Assembly: GCA_016839365.1 (NCBI GenBank)
Contig: JAEOUH010000004.1
Span: 1-42,908, forward strand
Length of the DNA: 42,908 nucleotides
From: Candidatus Hermodarchaeota archaeon
GTDB lineage: Archaea; Asgardarchaeota; Hermodarchaeia; Hermodarchaeales; Hermodarchaeaceae
Reading direction: 5' to 3'
Shown here: positions 1-9,959 of the stretch, piece by piece
Numbering within the stretch: the first letter of the stretch is position 1
How the letters are laid out: the number at the start of each line of letters is the position of its first letter
Position numbers and translations under genes: made by a program
The notes under the pieces: model-generated
What the model was told of the DNA's origin: nothing
Database searches by the model: none
Seen by the model: only the letters and a program-made list of their open reading frames with translations

Positions 1-1
1 A

Positions 2-268
2 CGAGCTGAACTCAAAGGCATCACTTCGAATATCGAAGACATCATCGCTTACATCCTTTTCCCACAGCCTGCCCTCGAATTCTTCGAGCACCGCAAAGAC
101 CAAGAAGCCTTAAGCAAGCTAACTCCTGAGTTGCAGGCCGCAATAACTGCCGCACTACTCGAAATGCAGCCTGAACCACTGAAGATGCCGACAATCCGTC
201 GATCTAATAAAAATGGATCGAATCCTTGGGTGCTTACTGGACGTCGAGAAGCTATGGGTTATGATTAA
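2..268 (+). CDS. C-terminal fragment of a pyruvate/oxaloacetate carboxyltransferase (OadA/PycB/transcarboxylase 5S-like) with an OadG/MmdD-like tail; truncated by the window edge
   Basis: Manual frame-2 translation: RAELKGITSNIEDIIAYILFPQPALEFFEHRKDQEALSKLTPELQAAITAALLEMQ...NPWVLTGRREAMGYD*. EDxxxYxLFPQxAxxFFxxR is the conserved end of the carboxyltransferase domain. A biotin carrier gene follows. Confidence 0.75.
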   Translation, partial: RAELKGITSNIEDIIAYILFPQPALEFFEHRKDQEALSKLTPELQAAITAALLEMQPEPLKMPTIRRSNKNGSNPWVLTGRREAMGYD

Positions 269-293
269 AGAAAATAGCGTGGAGGAGCCCTAA

Positions 294-875
294 TTGACAC
301 GAAAATATAAACTCACCATCAACAACCAAACAATCAACGTTGAAGTTGATGGGCCCACCAATGGGATCCTCTCTATCACCATCGGTGAAATCACCTTCCC
401 CGTCCAAGTGACGGACACTAATTCAGATTCAGGGAAATATAATGTCAAAGTCGGCGACAACAAGCACACACTCCACTTGAAACCTCAGCCTAGTGTTCCA
501 GGATATTCTGTTAAAGTGGAAAAGAATACCTATGCTGCTCAACTCATATCGCTTACTCATTCAACGACTCGTCCAATTTTGGCTCCAACTGTTTCCACTG
601 AACCCACAGCCATTACACCATCTACTAGACCACCAAGTGCTATAGCCCAAGAAGCGAGTGAACCGGGTACTGTAGCCGCCCCGTTGCCAGGACGCGTTCT
701 AGAAGTTCGCGTAGTAGAAGGCGCAGCTGTTAAAGCGGGCGATGTTCTGCTGGTCTTAGAAGCCATGAAGATGGCAAACGAAATACTGGCCCCACAGGAT
801 GGTACAGTGAAAGCAGTTCACGTCAAAGCCGGAACTGCGGTGGAAAAGGGACAACCTATGGTGAGTATCATATAA
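294..875 (+). CDS. Biotin carboxyl carrier protein
   Basis: EAMKM biotinylation motif, APLPG, Pro/Thr/Ala-rich linker; GGAGG SD before the TTG start. Confidence 0.93.
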   Translation: MTRKYKLTINNQTINVEVDGPTNGILSITIGEITFPVQVTDTNSDSGKYNVKVGDNKHTLHLKPQPSVPGYSVKVEKNTYAAQLISLTHSTTRPILAPTVSTEPTAITPSTRPPSAIAQEASEPGTVAAPLPGRVLEVRVVEGAAVKAGDVLLVLEAMKMANEILAPQDGTVKAVHVKAGTAVEKGQPMVSII

Positions 876-975
876 TGGGAATTGCGGTTTAATCAAAGCT
901 AACAAAACCGTTTCTGGGTTCGGAGAAGTATTTAATAGAGAAATTAGGGCACCTTTTTTTGGGGTATCGTTAGAC

Positions 976-1110
976 ATGGCTTGCCCAATGCATGATGCTA
1001 CAAATAATGTGTGTCAACAACTCCAGCGGAAATTTCCGGAAGGTGCCCGAACTCCTTGTGAGTTCGTAAATGATCCTGCTCAGTGTCCCATCTGTATGAT
1101 GTCTTCCTAA
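976..1110 (+). CDS. Small Cys-rich protein (44 aa), possible metal-binding microprotein
   Basis: Manual translation MACPMHDATNNVCQQLQRKFPEGARTPCEFVNDPAQCPICMMSS* (5 Cys). TATA-like TATTTAATA about 40 nt upstream; fills an otherwise empty gap. Confidence 0.55.
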   Translation: MACPMHDATNNVCQQLQRKFPEGARTPCEFVNDPAQCPICMMSS

Positions 1111-1256
1111 TCCGCAGGTGGGACCCTTTTCCTTTTCACCCAACAGTCTTCTATGAGCTAGTATAGAGTAGCATTTAGGCAAGATTGTAAAGTGCCAAAA
1201 CCATTAAAGCACCTGCACCCTAACTGAACAAGCGAATCATGGGATGGCGAAGTCCA

Positions 1257-2933
1257 ATGGGTACGAAAGAGAAACAATCTGTGTCGCAAACGAAACGAGA
1301 CTGGGAAAACAATACCCTGAAAGAGACTCTTGACAAATCCCCCGAACGTCGCGAACGATTCATCACAACATCGAGTCGTCCAATTGCCCGAATATACACT
1401 CCAATTGACATTGCAGATTTTAATTATGAAGAACACTTAGGATTTCCTGGTCAATACCCGTATACACGTGGCGTCTACCCCACGATGTACCGTGGTCGAT
1501 TATGGACTATGCGGATGTTTTCGGGGTTTGGTACAGCAGAACAGACAAATACCCGGTTCCGATATCTCTTGGAGCAGGGACAAACCGGACTTAGTGTCGC
1601 GTTTCATCTTCCAACTATCCAGGGGTACGACTCTGATGACCCCATGTCCAAAGGAGAAATCGGTGTCTGTGGCGTTGCAGTCGATTCGCTGGCTGATATG
1701 GAGATTCTTTTCTCGCACATTCCACTGAATAAAGTAACAACTTCGATGACCATCAACGCCCCTGCAGCAGTTCTCCTTTGCTTCTACATCGCTGCAGCAG
1801 AAAAACAGGGCGTTTCTTCGACCCAAATCGGTGGCACCATCCAAAATGACATCTTGAAGGAGTACCAAGCTCAAAAGACTTGGATATTTCCCCCTGACCC
1901 ATCCATGCGGATTATCACCGATATTCTTCAGTTTTGTACGAAAAAAGTGCCCCGATGGAACACCATTAGCATCAGTGGGTACCATATCCGCGAAGCAGGG
2001 GCTACTGCTGTGCAAGAAGTTGCTTTTACCCTCGCAAATGGTCTAGCGTACGTCCAAGCAGGGGTCGATGCGGGTTTGAAGGTGGATGATTTTGCCCCTC
2101 GGCTCTCCTTCTTCTTTGATAGCCATCTGGATTTGTTCGAAGAAATTGCGAAATTCCGAGTTGCTCGACGGGTCTGGGCACGAGAAATACAGGACCGCTT
2201 TAAGGCAAAGAATCCACGGTCTTATCTGCTACGATTTCATACACAAACGGCAGGTGTCAGCCTTACGGCACAACAGCCCGAAAATAACATTGTGCGAACC
2301 ACCATTGAAGCCCTAGCGGCGATTCTAGGGGGCACCCAATCACTTCACACCAACTCTATGGATGAAGCGTGGGCACTCCCAACAGAGAAGGCAGCTACCA
2401 TTGCCCTTCGCACGCAACAGATACTTGCGCATGAAAGTGGTGTTGCAAACACCATCGACCCCCTCGGGGGCTCATATTTCATTGAAGCGTTAACCAACGA
2501 AATGGAAGAAGAGACTTACAGATACTTCGATCGCATCGAAAAGCTTGGAGGCGTGGTGGAAGCCATCAAGAAGGGATTTTTCCAGCGCGAAATCTCTGAT
2601 TCCGCTTTTCGATTCCAACGTGAAATTGAAGAAAAAGAGCGTATCATCGTTGGCGTCAATGAGTACGTTACTGATGATCAATTGGAAATCCCTGTCCTCA
2701 AGATTGATCCTGAAGTGGAACGAACCCAGCTAGCAAGGCTGCAGAAGACACGGAAAACGCGGAATAATCAGAAAGTCGACCAACTTCTAGGCCAATTACA
2801 GCGTGCTGCAGAGGGAACTGACAACCTGCTACCCCATATCCTTGCAGCTGTTCGTGAATACGCCACTGTTGGGGAAATTTGTAACGCGCTGCGAGACGTT
2901 TATGGTGAATATCAAGAACCTATCATATTCTAA
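1257..2933 (+). CDS. Cobalamin-dependent acyl-CoA mutase large (substrate-binding) subunit, isobutyryl-CoA mutase-type specificity residues
   Basis: [63 protein letters not shown]; no fused B12 domain. The start could alternatively be 1239. Confidence 0.93.
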   Translation: MGTKEKQSVSQTKRDWENNTLKETLDKSPERRERFITTSSRPIARIYTPIDIADFNYEEHLGFPGQYPYTRGVYPTMYRGRLWTMRMFSGFGTAEQTNTRFRYLLEQGQTGLSVAFHLPTIQGYDSDDPMSKGEIGVCGVAVDSLADMEILFSHIPLNKVTTSMTINAPAAVLLCFYIAAAEKQGVSSTQIGGTIQNDILKEYQAQKTWIFPPDPSMRIITDILQFCTKKVPRWNTISISGYHIREAGATAVQEVAFTLANGLAYVQAGVDAGLKVDDFAPRLSFFFDSHLDLFEEIAKFRVARRVWAREIQDRFKAKNPRSYLLRFHTQTAGVSLTAQQPENNIVRTTIEALAAILGGTQSLHTNSMDEAWALPTEKAATIALRTQQILAHESGVANTIDPLGGSYFIEALTNEMEEETYRYFDRIEKLGGVVEAIKKGFFQREISDSAFRFQREIEEKERIIVGVNEYVTDDQLEIPVLKIDPEVERTQLARLQKTRKTRNNQKVDQLLGQLQRAAEGTDNLLPHILAAVREYATVGEICNALRDVYGEYQEPIIF

Positions 2934-2962
2934 CTATACAAATTATGAAGAGTTGAACGCCA

Positions 2963-3361
2963 TTGACAGAAACTAGAAAAATTCGGGTGTTGATTGCCAA
3001 GCCAGGACTAGACGGACACGACCGTGGCGCCAAGGTTGTGGCACGAGCCTTACGCGATGCCGGCTTTGAAGTCATCTATACGGGGTTGCGCCAAACACCA
3101 GAACAAATTGCAGAAACCGCTCTGCAAGAGGATGTCGATGTTGTTGGGCTAAGCATTCTCTCAGGAGCCCACATGCGGTTATTCCCAGAGATAATGCAGC
3201 TCCTCAAAGAACGCGAGATGGCTGATGTACTTGTTATCGCCGGAGGTATTATCCCTGAAGATGATTTCGAACCCTTGAAGAAGCTCGGTATTAAAGAAAT
3301 TTTTGGGCCAGGGACACCAACTGGTGAAATCGTCGATTTCATTCGAAAACATACCAAATAA
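2963..3361 (+). CDS. Acyl-CoA mutase small, cobalamin-binding subunit
   Basis: [10 protein letters not shown] (DxHxxG), [14 protein letters not shown] motifs. Confidence 0.95.
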   Translation: MTETRKIRVLIAKPGLDGHDRGAKVVARALRDAGFEVIYTGLRQTPEQIAETALQEDVDVVGLSILSGAHMRLFPEIMQLLKEREMADVLVIAGGIIPEDDFEPLKKLGIKEIFGPGTPTGEIVDFIRKHTK

Positions 3362-3369
3362 TCAACGGA

Positions 3370-4344
3370 GTGAGCTGTATGGCTCCAGATACGACAGAAC
3401 TGGTCAAACATGTGCTAAAGGGTAATCGTCGAGCCGCAGCTCGGCTCATGACCCTTACCGAATCCTTGTCACCAGAAGCCCATGCAGCAATTAAGCAACT
3501 GTACCCATACACTGGGAAAGCTCATATCATTGGAATTACCGGTCCACCTGGTTCTGGGAAAAGCACTCTTGTGGATAAGCTCATTGAAAAGTACCGCTCC
3601 CATAATCTATCAGTAGGAGTGGTTGCCGTTGATCCCAGTAGTCCATTCACAGGTGGTGCCCTCCTTGGTGACCGCATCCGAATGAACCGTTTTGCCAGCG
3701 ACCATGATGTCTTCATTCGAAGCATGGGATCTCGAGGTCATCTCGGAGGTCTAGCCTGGGCTACTATGGATGTTGTCCATATTTTGGATGCGATGGGCAA
3801 AGATATCATTATGGTTGAGACAGTTGGTGCCGGCCAAGCGGAAGTAGACATCGTTCAGCTGGCAGAAACTGTTGTCTTACTCTCCGTACCTGGTTTAGGC
3901 GATGATATTCAAACTATCAAAGCTGGAATAATGGAAATTGGTAATATTTTCGCAATTAACAAAGCGGACCTCGACGGAGCCGATCGCCGTTTTGTCGAAC
4001 TTCAATCGGCCCTCAGTTTGGGGCAGGAAGGTGACGGGTGGGAACCGCCCATCCTCAAAGTCGTTGCAACAACTGGTGAAGGTATCGAAGACCTTGTGAA
4101 AGCCATCCAAGACCACCATGAATACCTTGTTGAAAGCGAGGAGATTGTTAAAAACCGAGAAAGACGCTGCTACGCACAGCTCGAAACAATCATAGAACGC
4201 AGTTTTATTAGGAAATTACTGATGGATCCTGATGAACGGACCCTATTCGATAAACTAGTCGCGGAAGTAGATCAACGAAAAACCGACCCATACACCGCAG
4301 CCGAACGACTCATTCTTCACCTAATAAAAACACCAAAAAAATAA
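3370..4344 (+). CDS. meaB: MeaB/ArgK GTPase, B12 mutase chaperone
   Basis: GITGPPGSGKST, AVDPSSPFTGGALLGDRIRM, ETVGAGQ, NKAD; operonic with the mutase. The start may be 3379. Confidence 0.95.
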   Translation: MSCMAPDTTELVKHVLKGNRRAAARLMTLTESLSPEAHAAIKQLYPYTGKAHIIGITGPPGSGKSTLVDKLIEKYRSHNLSVGVVAVDPSSPFTGGALLGDRIRMNRFASDHDVFIRSMGSRGHLGGLAWATMDVVHILDAMGKDIIMVETVGAGQAEVDIVQLAETVVLLSVPGLGDDIQTIKAGIMEIGNIFAINKADLDGADRRFVELQSALSLGQEGDGWEPPILKVVATTGEGIEDLVKAIQDHHEYLVESEEIVKNRERRCYAQLETIIERSFIRKLLMDPDERTLFDKLVAEVDQRKTDPYTAAERLILHLIKTPKK

Positions 4345-4355
4345 ATGGAGTAACT

Positions 4356-5273
4356 CTATGGGTTCCGGCTACGTCCTATCTCAAGGGGCGTTCCCAACCC
4401 AACAGTCGGTGTGCCACCACGAATTTGATAGGGAACCTTCAAATAAGTCGTCACTTCATCAGGAGCCGTAGTTTTAAGAATCTGCACGAATTTAGATGGC
4501 TGCTTCAACCCTGGCACGTCGCCATAGCCCCACCGTAAAACTTGGTCCGCCATGCGTTCACAAGCTGTATGAACCTCAGGAACTGTTCCTCGCCATCCCA
4601 TGAAAAGAACCAGAGTATGTCCGAACTTACGCATGAGGCTGATTAGACGCCGAAAATAATCTAGCGCGGGTTGGGGACCCACACCATCAATGAAATCATC
4701 CACATACGCCATTACCATTCGGATGGTTCCTTTCCCATGCAGTGACGATGTAATATTACTGATCGCAGCGGGTAAACCATCTACTGAGTGAATTTCATCC
4801 GGTTTGCGAGGTGATACCAATAGATTTGGGTTTCCGCCCATACTTTTGATTCGCTGTTGGTATGACGTTCTTACTAATTCCCGTTCAGGATCGCCAAAAC
4901 CTCGATAAGTGAAGATATCCACCCAATGGAATCGATTTACATTACTCGTTTCTAAAAACACCTTGAAAGCGTTGGGCAGTTTTCGCTCACACCATAATGC
5001 AATAGCCACAGGGTCAGCATAAGTGGTTACTAAAAGAAGTGTTTCCCTGTCACGGACATCGTTGGTTAACCACTCAATGGTCAAGCTAGTGGGATCTGTG
5101 AAGGTTTGGTTTTGTACATACATAATTGTCGAGGTGCCTGACATCACGCCAAAATACTGATCAAAACTTTTATTTCCTGTATATAGACGGTATCGGTCTT
5201 CTATACCATCCAAGACGATTCTTGGAGCAGGCCTTTCATTCATTGAAACACATCTCCCACCATAATTATACAT
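4356..5273 (-). CDS. Degenerate KaiC/RAD55-like (RecA-fold) protein without Walker A
   Basis: N-terminal YTGNKSFDQYFG resembles KaiC TGxxxLDxxLGG; WVDIFT, ERMADQVLRW and VQILK resemble KaiC strands; no GxxGxGKT. Confidence 0.5.
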   Translation of the reverse strand: MYNYGGRCVSMNERPAPRIVLDGIEDRYRLYTGNKSFDQYFGVMSGTSTIMYVQNQTFTDPTSLTIEWLTNDVRDRETLLLVTTYADPVAIALWCERKLPNAFKVFLETSNVNRFHWVDIFTYRGFGDPERELVRTSYQQRIKSMGGNPNLLVSPRKPDEIHSVDGLPAAISNITSSLHGKGTIRMVMAYVDDFIDGVGPQPALDYFRRLISLMRKFGHTLVLFMGWRGTVPEVHTACERMADQVLRWGYGDVPGLKQPSKFVQILKTTAPDEVTTYLKVPYQIRGGTPTVGLGTPLEIGRSRNP

Positions 5274-5436
5274 TAGCTACTAGGAGGTAAGCATTTAATG
5301 GGTTTCCCTCCAGTTTGATGAGCTGTTTTTTTCTTCGCGATTTCTGTAATCTCCACGGAGAAGAACTTTTAAGCAGAGCAGTTTCGTGTAACCGCCATTC
5401 AAGACGCCTGTCACCTGAGCCATGGGGGCAATCCAT

Positions 5437-6234
5437 ATGAAAATTATCGTCCCGATCAAACAGGTTCCCGAAATTGCTGAGGTCAAAATAGATCCAGAAA
5501 CGAAAACCCTAGTTCGTGCAGGAGTTCCCTCGATTCTCAACCCCTTTGATGAATTCGCCATTGAAGAAGCTGTTCGCATCAAAGAACAGCTTGGTGAAGG
5601 TGAAGTCATTATCATTACTATGGGTCCTCCGCAAGCGGAAGAAGCTCTGAAAAAATGCCTTGCGATGGGCGGAGACAGGGCCATCCACCTCTCTGATCGC
5701 GCTTTCGCTGGTGCAGATACTTGGGCTACGGCCTATACCATTGCCCAAGCCATCAAAGCCGAAGCCCCCTATGATCTCATTATTTGTGGCAAACAAGCGA
5801 TTGATGGTGATACAGCGCAAGTTGGTCCTGAAATCGCTGAAATTCTGGGTATTCCACAGGTGACCTATGCAGTAAATGTTGAACTCACAGAGAGTAAAAA
5901 GCGCATCAGGGTAAAACGAGAAACAGATGAAGGATTTGAAGTAATAGAATGCCGCTTTCCTGCGCTCCTCACAGCGACTAAAGGGCTTAACGAACCCCGG
6001 CTACCCAGCTTAATGGCCATCATGAGTGCCAGCAAGAAAGAAATCAGACTCGTCACTGCTGAAGCCCTCGGTGGAGATCAAGAGCAGTATGGGCTTCCGG
6101 GTTCACCCACACAAGTGGTGGAAGTTTTCACGCCTGAACAACGTACAGGTGGCATCAAAATCGATGGCACAGAAGATCCTGAGAGCGCCGCGAAGCAACT
6201 CGTTGAGTGGTTGCTGAAAAAGGGGGTCATCTAA
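5437..6234 (+). CDS. etfB: Electron transfer flavoprotein beta subunit
   Basis: IKQVP, NPFDEFAIEEA, GADTWAT, GKQAIDGDTAQVG, NEPRLPS. Confidence 0.95.
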   Translation: MKIIVPIKQVPEIAEVKIDPETKTLVRAGVPSILNPFDEFAIEEAVRIKEQLGEGEVIIITMGPPQAEEALKKCLAMGGDRAIHLSDRAFAGADTWATAYTIAQAIKAEAPYDLIICGKQAIDGDTAQVGPEIAEILGIPQVTYAVNVELTESKKRIRVKRETDEGFEVIECRFPALLTATKGLNEPRLPSLMAIMSASKKEIRLVTAEALGGDQEQYGLPGSPTQVVEVFTPEQRTGGIKIDGTEDPESAAKQLVEWLLKKGVI

Positions 6235-6250
6235 GGTAGGGTGGCTTATC

Positions 6251-7444
6251 ATGTTGAACATCAAAAAAGAAGAATGTACGGGCTGCGGTTTATGTGTGAA
6301 AGTCTGCCCCTTTGATGCCATACACCTTGTCAACGAGAAGGCAGAAGCTGATGAGAAATGCACCCTCTGCGGTGCCTGTGTCAAAGTCTGTCCAGTTGAT
6401 GCCATCTCAATTGAACGCAAACGGGTAGATCCCTCCAAATTCACTGACTACAAAGGCGTGTGGGTATGGGCCGAACAAATCAACGGTGAACTTCGCAACG
6501 TCGTTTTAGAACTGTTGGGAAAGGGCCGAGAACTTGCCGATAAGCTTGGTGAACCCCTTGGCGCAGTTCTGCTTGGGCACAATGTCGGAAATCTCCCGGA
6601 AATCCTCATTCAACATGGCGCGGATGTTGTCTATGTAAGTGATCAAGAAATCCTCGCCCAATACACCACTGAAGCTTATACTGATGTTATCGCCGCCCTC
6701 ATTGTCACCGAGAAACCCAACATTATCCTATATGGAGCCACTGCCAATGGCCGAGATCTCGGACCCCGAATCGCCGCCCGCTTAATACTTGGACTCACTG
6801 CTGACTGTACAGGGCTAGATATTGACGACAAACGGCAACTAGTCCAAACCCGTCCTGCCTTCGGAGGCAATATTATGGCTTCCATCCTGAGCCCATATAC
6901 TCGCCCCCAGATGGCTACCGTCCGACCCAATGTATTCAAAGTCCCCGAACTCGATACTTCCCGGAAGGGCGAAACCAAAAAGGTGGATATCAAGGTCAAC
7001 AAGGCTGCGGTACGCACCAAAATCGTGGACACTATTGTGGAAATGGAGGAAGGCGAACTCAAAGTTGACGAAGCCGAAATGGTGGTCACCTGCGGACGTG
7101 GTATCAAAGACCCCCAAAACATCGATATTGTCGCTAAACTAGCAGATGAACTCAATGCTGCCCTTGGTGGTTCCCGTCCCATTGTCGACCAAGGATGGAT
7201 GAAGCACCATCAGCAGGTCGGCCAATCTGGTCGAACAATCGCTCCGAAACTCTATATCGCCTGTGGGATTAGCGGTGCAATCCAACACCTCGTTGGCATG
7301 CGTACCAGCGATACCATCGTTGCCATCAACAGCGACCCTGACGCCCCCATCTTCACCGTTGCCGACTACGGGATTGTTGGCGATCTTTTCAAAATCGTTC
7401 CTGCCCTTGTTAATGAAATTAAACGGGTCAAAGCACAGAAGTAA
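6251..7444 (+). CDS. etfA: Electron transfer flavoprotein alpha subunit with N-terminal 2x[4Fe-4S] ferredoxin domain
   Basis: Two CxxCxxCxxxCP motifs, then GLTADCT, RPAFGG, QVGQSG, GISGAIQH. Confidence 0.95.
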   Translation: MLNIKKEECTGCGLCVKVCPFDAIHLVNEKAEADEKCTLCGACVKVCPVDAISIERKRVDPSKFTDYKGVWVWAEQINGELRNVVLELLGKGRELADKLGEPLGAVLLGHNVGNLPEILIQHGADVVYVSDQEILAQYTTEAYTDVIAALIVTEKPNIILYGATANGRDLGPRIAARLILGLTADCTGLDIDDKRQLVQTRPAFGGNIMASILSPYTRPQMATVRPNVFKVPELDTSRKGETKKVDIKVNKAAVRTKIVDTIVEMEEGELKVDEAEMVVTCGRGIKDPQNIDIVAKLADELNAALGGSRPIVDQGWMKHHQQVGQSGRTIAPKLYIACGISGAIQHLVGMRTSDTIVAINSDPDAPIFTVADYGIVGDLFKIVPALVNEIKRVKAQK

Positions 7445-7537
7445 TTCCAATAGATACGGCCTTTCATCTACATCTATTAGAAATAGAAAGGGATAATTTG
7501 TCACAAGGGTTTCTGAAAGGTTGATTATCAGAGTAGG

Positions 7538-7984
7538 CTAAGCTTCGAGTGGTTTTTGGGCAATGAGTCCACCGAGGATGGCAAGGAAACCGGGGAGCCA
7601 GCTGGTCAAGAGAAGGCCTAGCCAGAGTTGTGGCCAGGTCAAGCCGAATAAAGAATAGGCGAGGAAGGCTGGAACAATGCCTCCGATGATGAGGGCGAAA
7701 ATGCCGATGATAATCAGCCAAATCCTGAACCGGCCAGGACTGCTGGCGAAGACGAAGAACAGAATCATGAATATGAAACCGGTGATAGCGCTAGCGAACA
7801 TTGATGCCATCGTCATGACGGCAAGATCTCGAAGGGGATCACCAGGAGCAAAAATTGCTGCAAGGAGGACGAGAATGAAGATAATGAAGCCAAAGAAGCC
7901 ATTAGTCACCAAGTAGACGAGTTGGAGCACTGCACCTAGAATGACAAGAATTCTGGCTATGGAGTTTCTTTCCATATAAATCAC
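7538..7984 (-). CDS. Hypothetical multi-pass membrane protein
   Basis: About 4 hydrophobic segments. GGAGGTG SD precedes the ATG of MERN, so the likely start is 7975. Confidence 0.7.
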   Translation of the reverse strand: MIYMERNSIARILVILGAVLQLVYLVTNGFFGFIIFILVLLAAIFAPGDPLRDLAVMTMASMFASAITGFIFMILFFVFASSPGRFRIWLIIIGIFALIIGGIVPAFLAYSLFGLTWPQLWLGLLLTSWLPGFLAILGGLIAQKPLEA

Positions 7985-8067
7985 CTCCCAAAGCCATGGA
8001 TTATAGCTGAATATCCAGCTTAGGGTGTATTAAAATTACAGGGATAGAGCCCTAGACCGCACCTAGT

Positions 8068-8838
8068 TCATCGTTGAGCAAGCGTGATTAGGTTACGGCT
8101 CTCCAAAGCCGAAAACGGCTGCCTTGAATATGAACTAAACAGCTCAATACGAGTGAAATCAAGGCTGTGGAGTTGTCCTTCCATGATGTGCTGGGAGAGT
8201 TGAAGCACCTGCTGCGAATGAGTCTGAGTTACCCAGGTGTTTCCACGTTTGATGAATCCTGTGAAAACAAGGTGCGCAATCGAGGAACTGGTGAATGGTT
8301 CAAAGAAGCGGACAAAGACTACTTCGTCTCCACCAAGAGTCTTGCCAGATTTTAAGGGAAAGAAGCGGAACTGGGAGTGCTGGATTTCTTCGAAGTTGAG
8401 GATTTGTGAAATGAAGTACCCACCCCTAGAAAGCAACATGTACACGCCTTTAAGGGTCTGTTGTAGAGATTCAAGAGAAGGAAGTAGTGCTAATGAATTA
8501 CCAAGACACAAAATTAAATCAAAAGGACCTTTTACCGTAGTATTTGCTTTCTCCATGTTAGCCACATAGAATTGGACCTGGACATCATTTTCTTGGGCAC
8601 AGACTTGTGCCGCAGAAATCATTTGGGAACTAAAATCGAGGCCAATAACCTCGTGACCCTCTCTTGCCAAGGCCACGGCGTGACGTCCGCTTCCACAGGC
8701 TAGATCAAGAATGCGTGCTATTTTCTTATCATGAATCAAGTTTCTGAGTAGAGGAAGCTCTCGTTGAAGTCGTTGAGCCCAGTTAATAGATTGGTCATAA
8801 ATCAGTGCTAACTCGTCAAAAGCAGTCATGGGTATCAT
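8068..8838 (-). CDS. Class I SAM-dependent methyltransferase
   Basis: ILDLACGSGRH motif I, GLDFS, FDLILCLGNSL; start overlaps the RdhA stop. Confidence 0.9.
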   Translation of the reverse strand: MIPMTAFDELALIYDQSINWAQRLQRELPLLRNLIHDKKIARILDLACGSGRHAVALAREGHEVIGLDFSSQMISAAQVCAQENDVQVQFYVANMEKANTTVKGPFDLILCLGNSLALLPSLESLQQTLKGVYMLLSRGGYFISQILNFEEIQHSQFRFFPLKSGKTLGGDEVVFVRFFEPFTSSSIAHLVFTGFIKRGNTWVTQTHSQQVLQLSQHIMEGQLHSLDFTRIELFSSYSRQPFSALESRNLITLAQR

Positions 8839-9920
8839 CTAGTCGCTTGTTGGTTAGAATTACTCCAAAAGGCTTCGGAGTCGAATGGAATGTGGTTAAA
8901 CGTGCGTCTGGTGAACGGGCAGACAGCAATGCAGGTTGAGCAGTCACCTCCATTATCACACCAGAACTCATAACATCGTTCGGAGTTAACGGGCCATTTC
9001 AAAACTCCAGGACTATTCGACTTACATGTGGACGTGAAGGTAGGCTCATCCGTGCTGGAGATGGCGTCAACTTCGCACGCTTCGACACACAGTTTGCACC
9101 GACAGCAGAATTCTGTAACACCAAAGTCGATGGGCTTGTCGACTTGGAGGGGCATGTTGGTGAAGATTTTACACAAGCGAACCCGGGACCCAAATTCGGG
9201 GGTAATAAGGAGCCCGTGACGTCCTAGTTGTCCAAGCCCAGCATCGATAGCTAGGGGAACACTAAGGCCTGTGTCATTGGCACATTGAATCGCATCATAA
9301 CCTAAGTTCCGAATGAACTCGCCAAGTAGCGCGAGAACGAAGGCCATGCGCGAATACCCAACACCCGTTGCAGCAGCAGCAGGGATGGCTGGGGAGGTAG
9401 CGATACCTTCAGGTTCCATTTCAATAGCTATTACAATAGCCATGTTGCAATATTCGGGGATATCGACGTTCGAATAGATCCAATTAGAGTTAACCGAACA
9501 TATGCCAGTCATCGAAGCACCAAATAGCTTAGCCGCTCGTTTAACGTAGGAACTCATCTTAGCCGGAGCTTCAACCTCGAAGGGGATTTGAGCAAGATCA
9601 TGGTCAAATTCTGCTACCGGTTTACGGAATTTGGGTATACGGGAGTGGGCAAAGGTGCCATTGTAAGTGTCATGGAGAGTCCAGGCTGCTTCTTCGAGGG
9701 CAAAATCAATGTGTGTATATCCAGGTTTCGGGTTCCGAATATAGTCGGGGATCCGTTCATCGATCATCCGCTGATGACCTGGCCAGTGAGGGTCTGAATG
9801 GACACGATTGAAAATTAAATTGTCTAGGTTATATCGTCGAAGTTGGCTTGGATCAATCGTGTAGGAGGGCTTGTCGAGTCGCCGTATTTGTAGTCGAGTG
9901 AGTCCCATAGTTTTTACCAC
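8835..9920 (-). CDS. Reductive dehalogenase (RdhA)-like cobalamin/2x[4Fe-4S] protein lacking a Tat signal
   Basis: VKRAAKLFGA, FIRNLGYDA, AGLGQLGRHGLLITPEFGSRVRL, PLQVDKPIDFG, FCCRCKLCVEAC, KWPVNSERC, DCSTCIAVCPF; no RRxFLK. Confidence 0.85.
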   Translation of the reverse strand: MVKTMGLTRLQIRRLDKPSYTIDPSQLRRYNLDNLIFNRVHSDPHWPGHQRMIDERIPDYIRNPKPGYTHIDFALEEAAWTLHDTYNGTFAHSRIPKFRKPVAEFDHDLAQIPFEVEAPAKMSSYVKRAAKLFGASMTGICSVNSNWIYSNVDIPEYCNMAIVIAIEMEPEGIATSPAIPAAAATGVGYSRMAFVLALLGEFIRNLGYDAIQCANDTGLSVPLAIDAGLGQLGRHGLLITPEFGSRVRLCKIFTNMPLQVDKPIDFGVTEFCCRCKLCVEACEVDAISSTDEPTFTSTCKSNSPGVLKWPVNSERCYEFWCDNGGDCSTCIAVCPFTRRTFNHIPFDSEAFWSNSNQQATR

Positions 9921-9959
9921 CTTAAGCGTTATTTGCCCGTTGAGCCTTTTGAAGGTTCA

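Noticed and set aside
7538-7984. Membrane protein as the RdhB anchor
   Set aside because: Separated from rdhA by the methyltransferase, larger than a typical RdhB with no recognisable motif, and the RdhA lacks a Tat signal.
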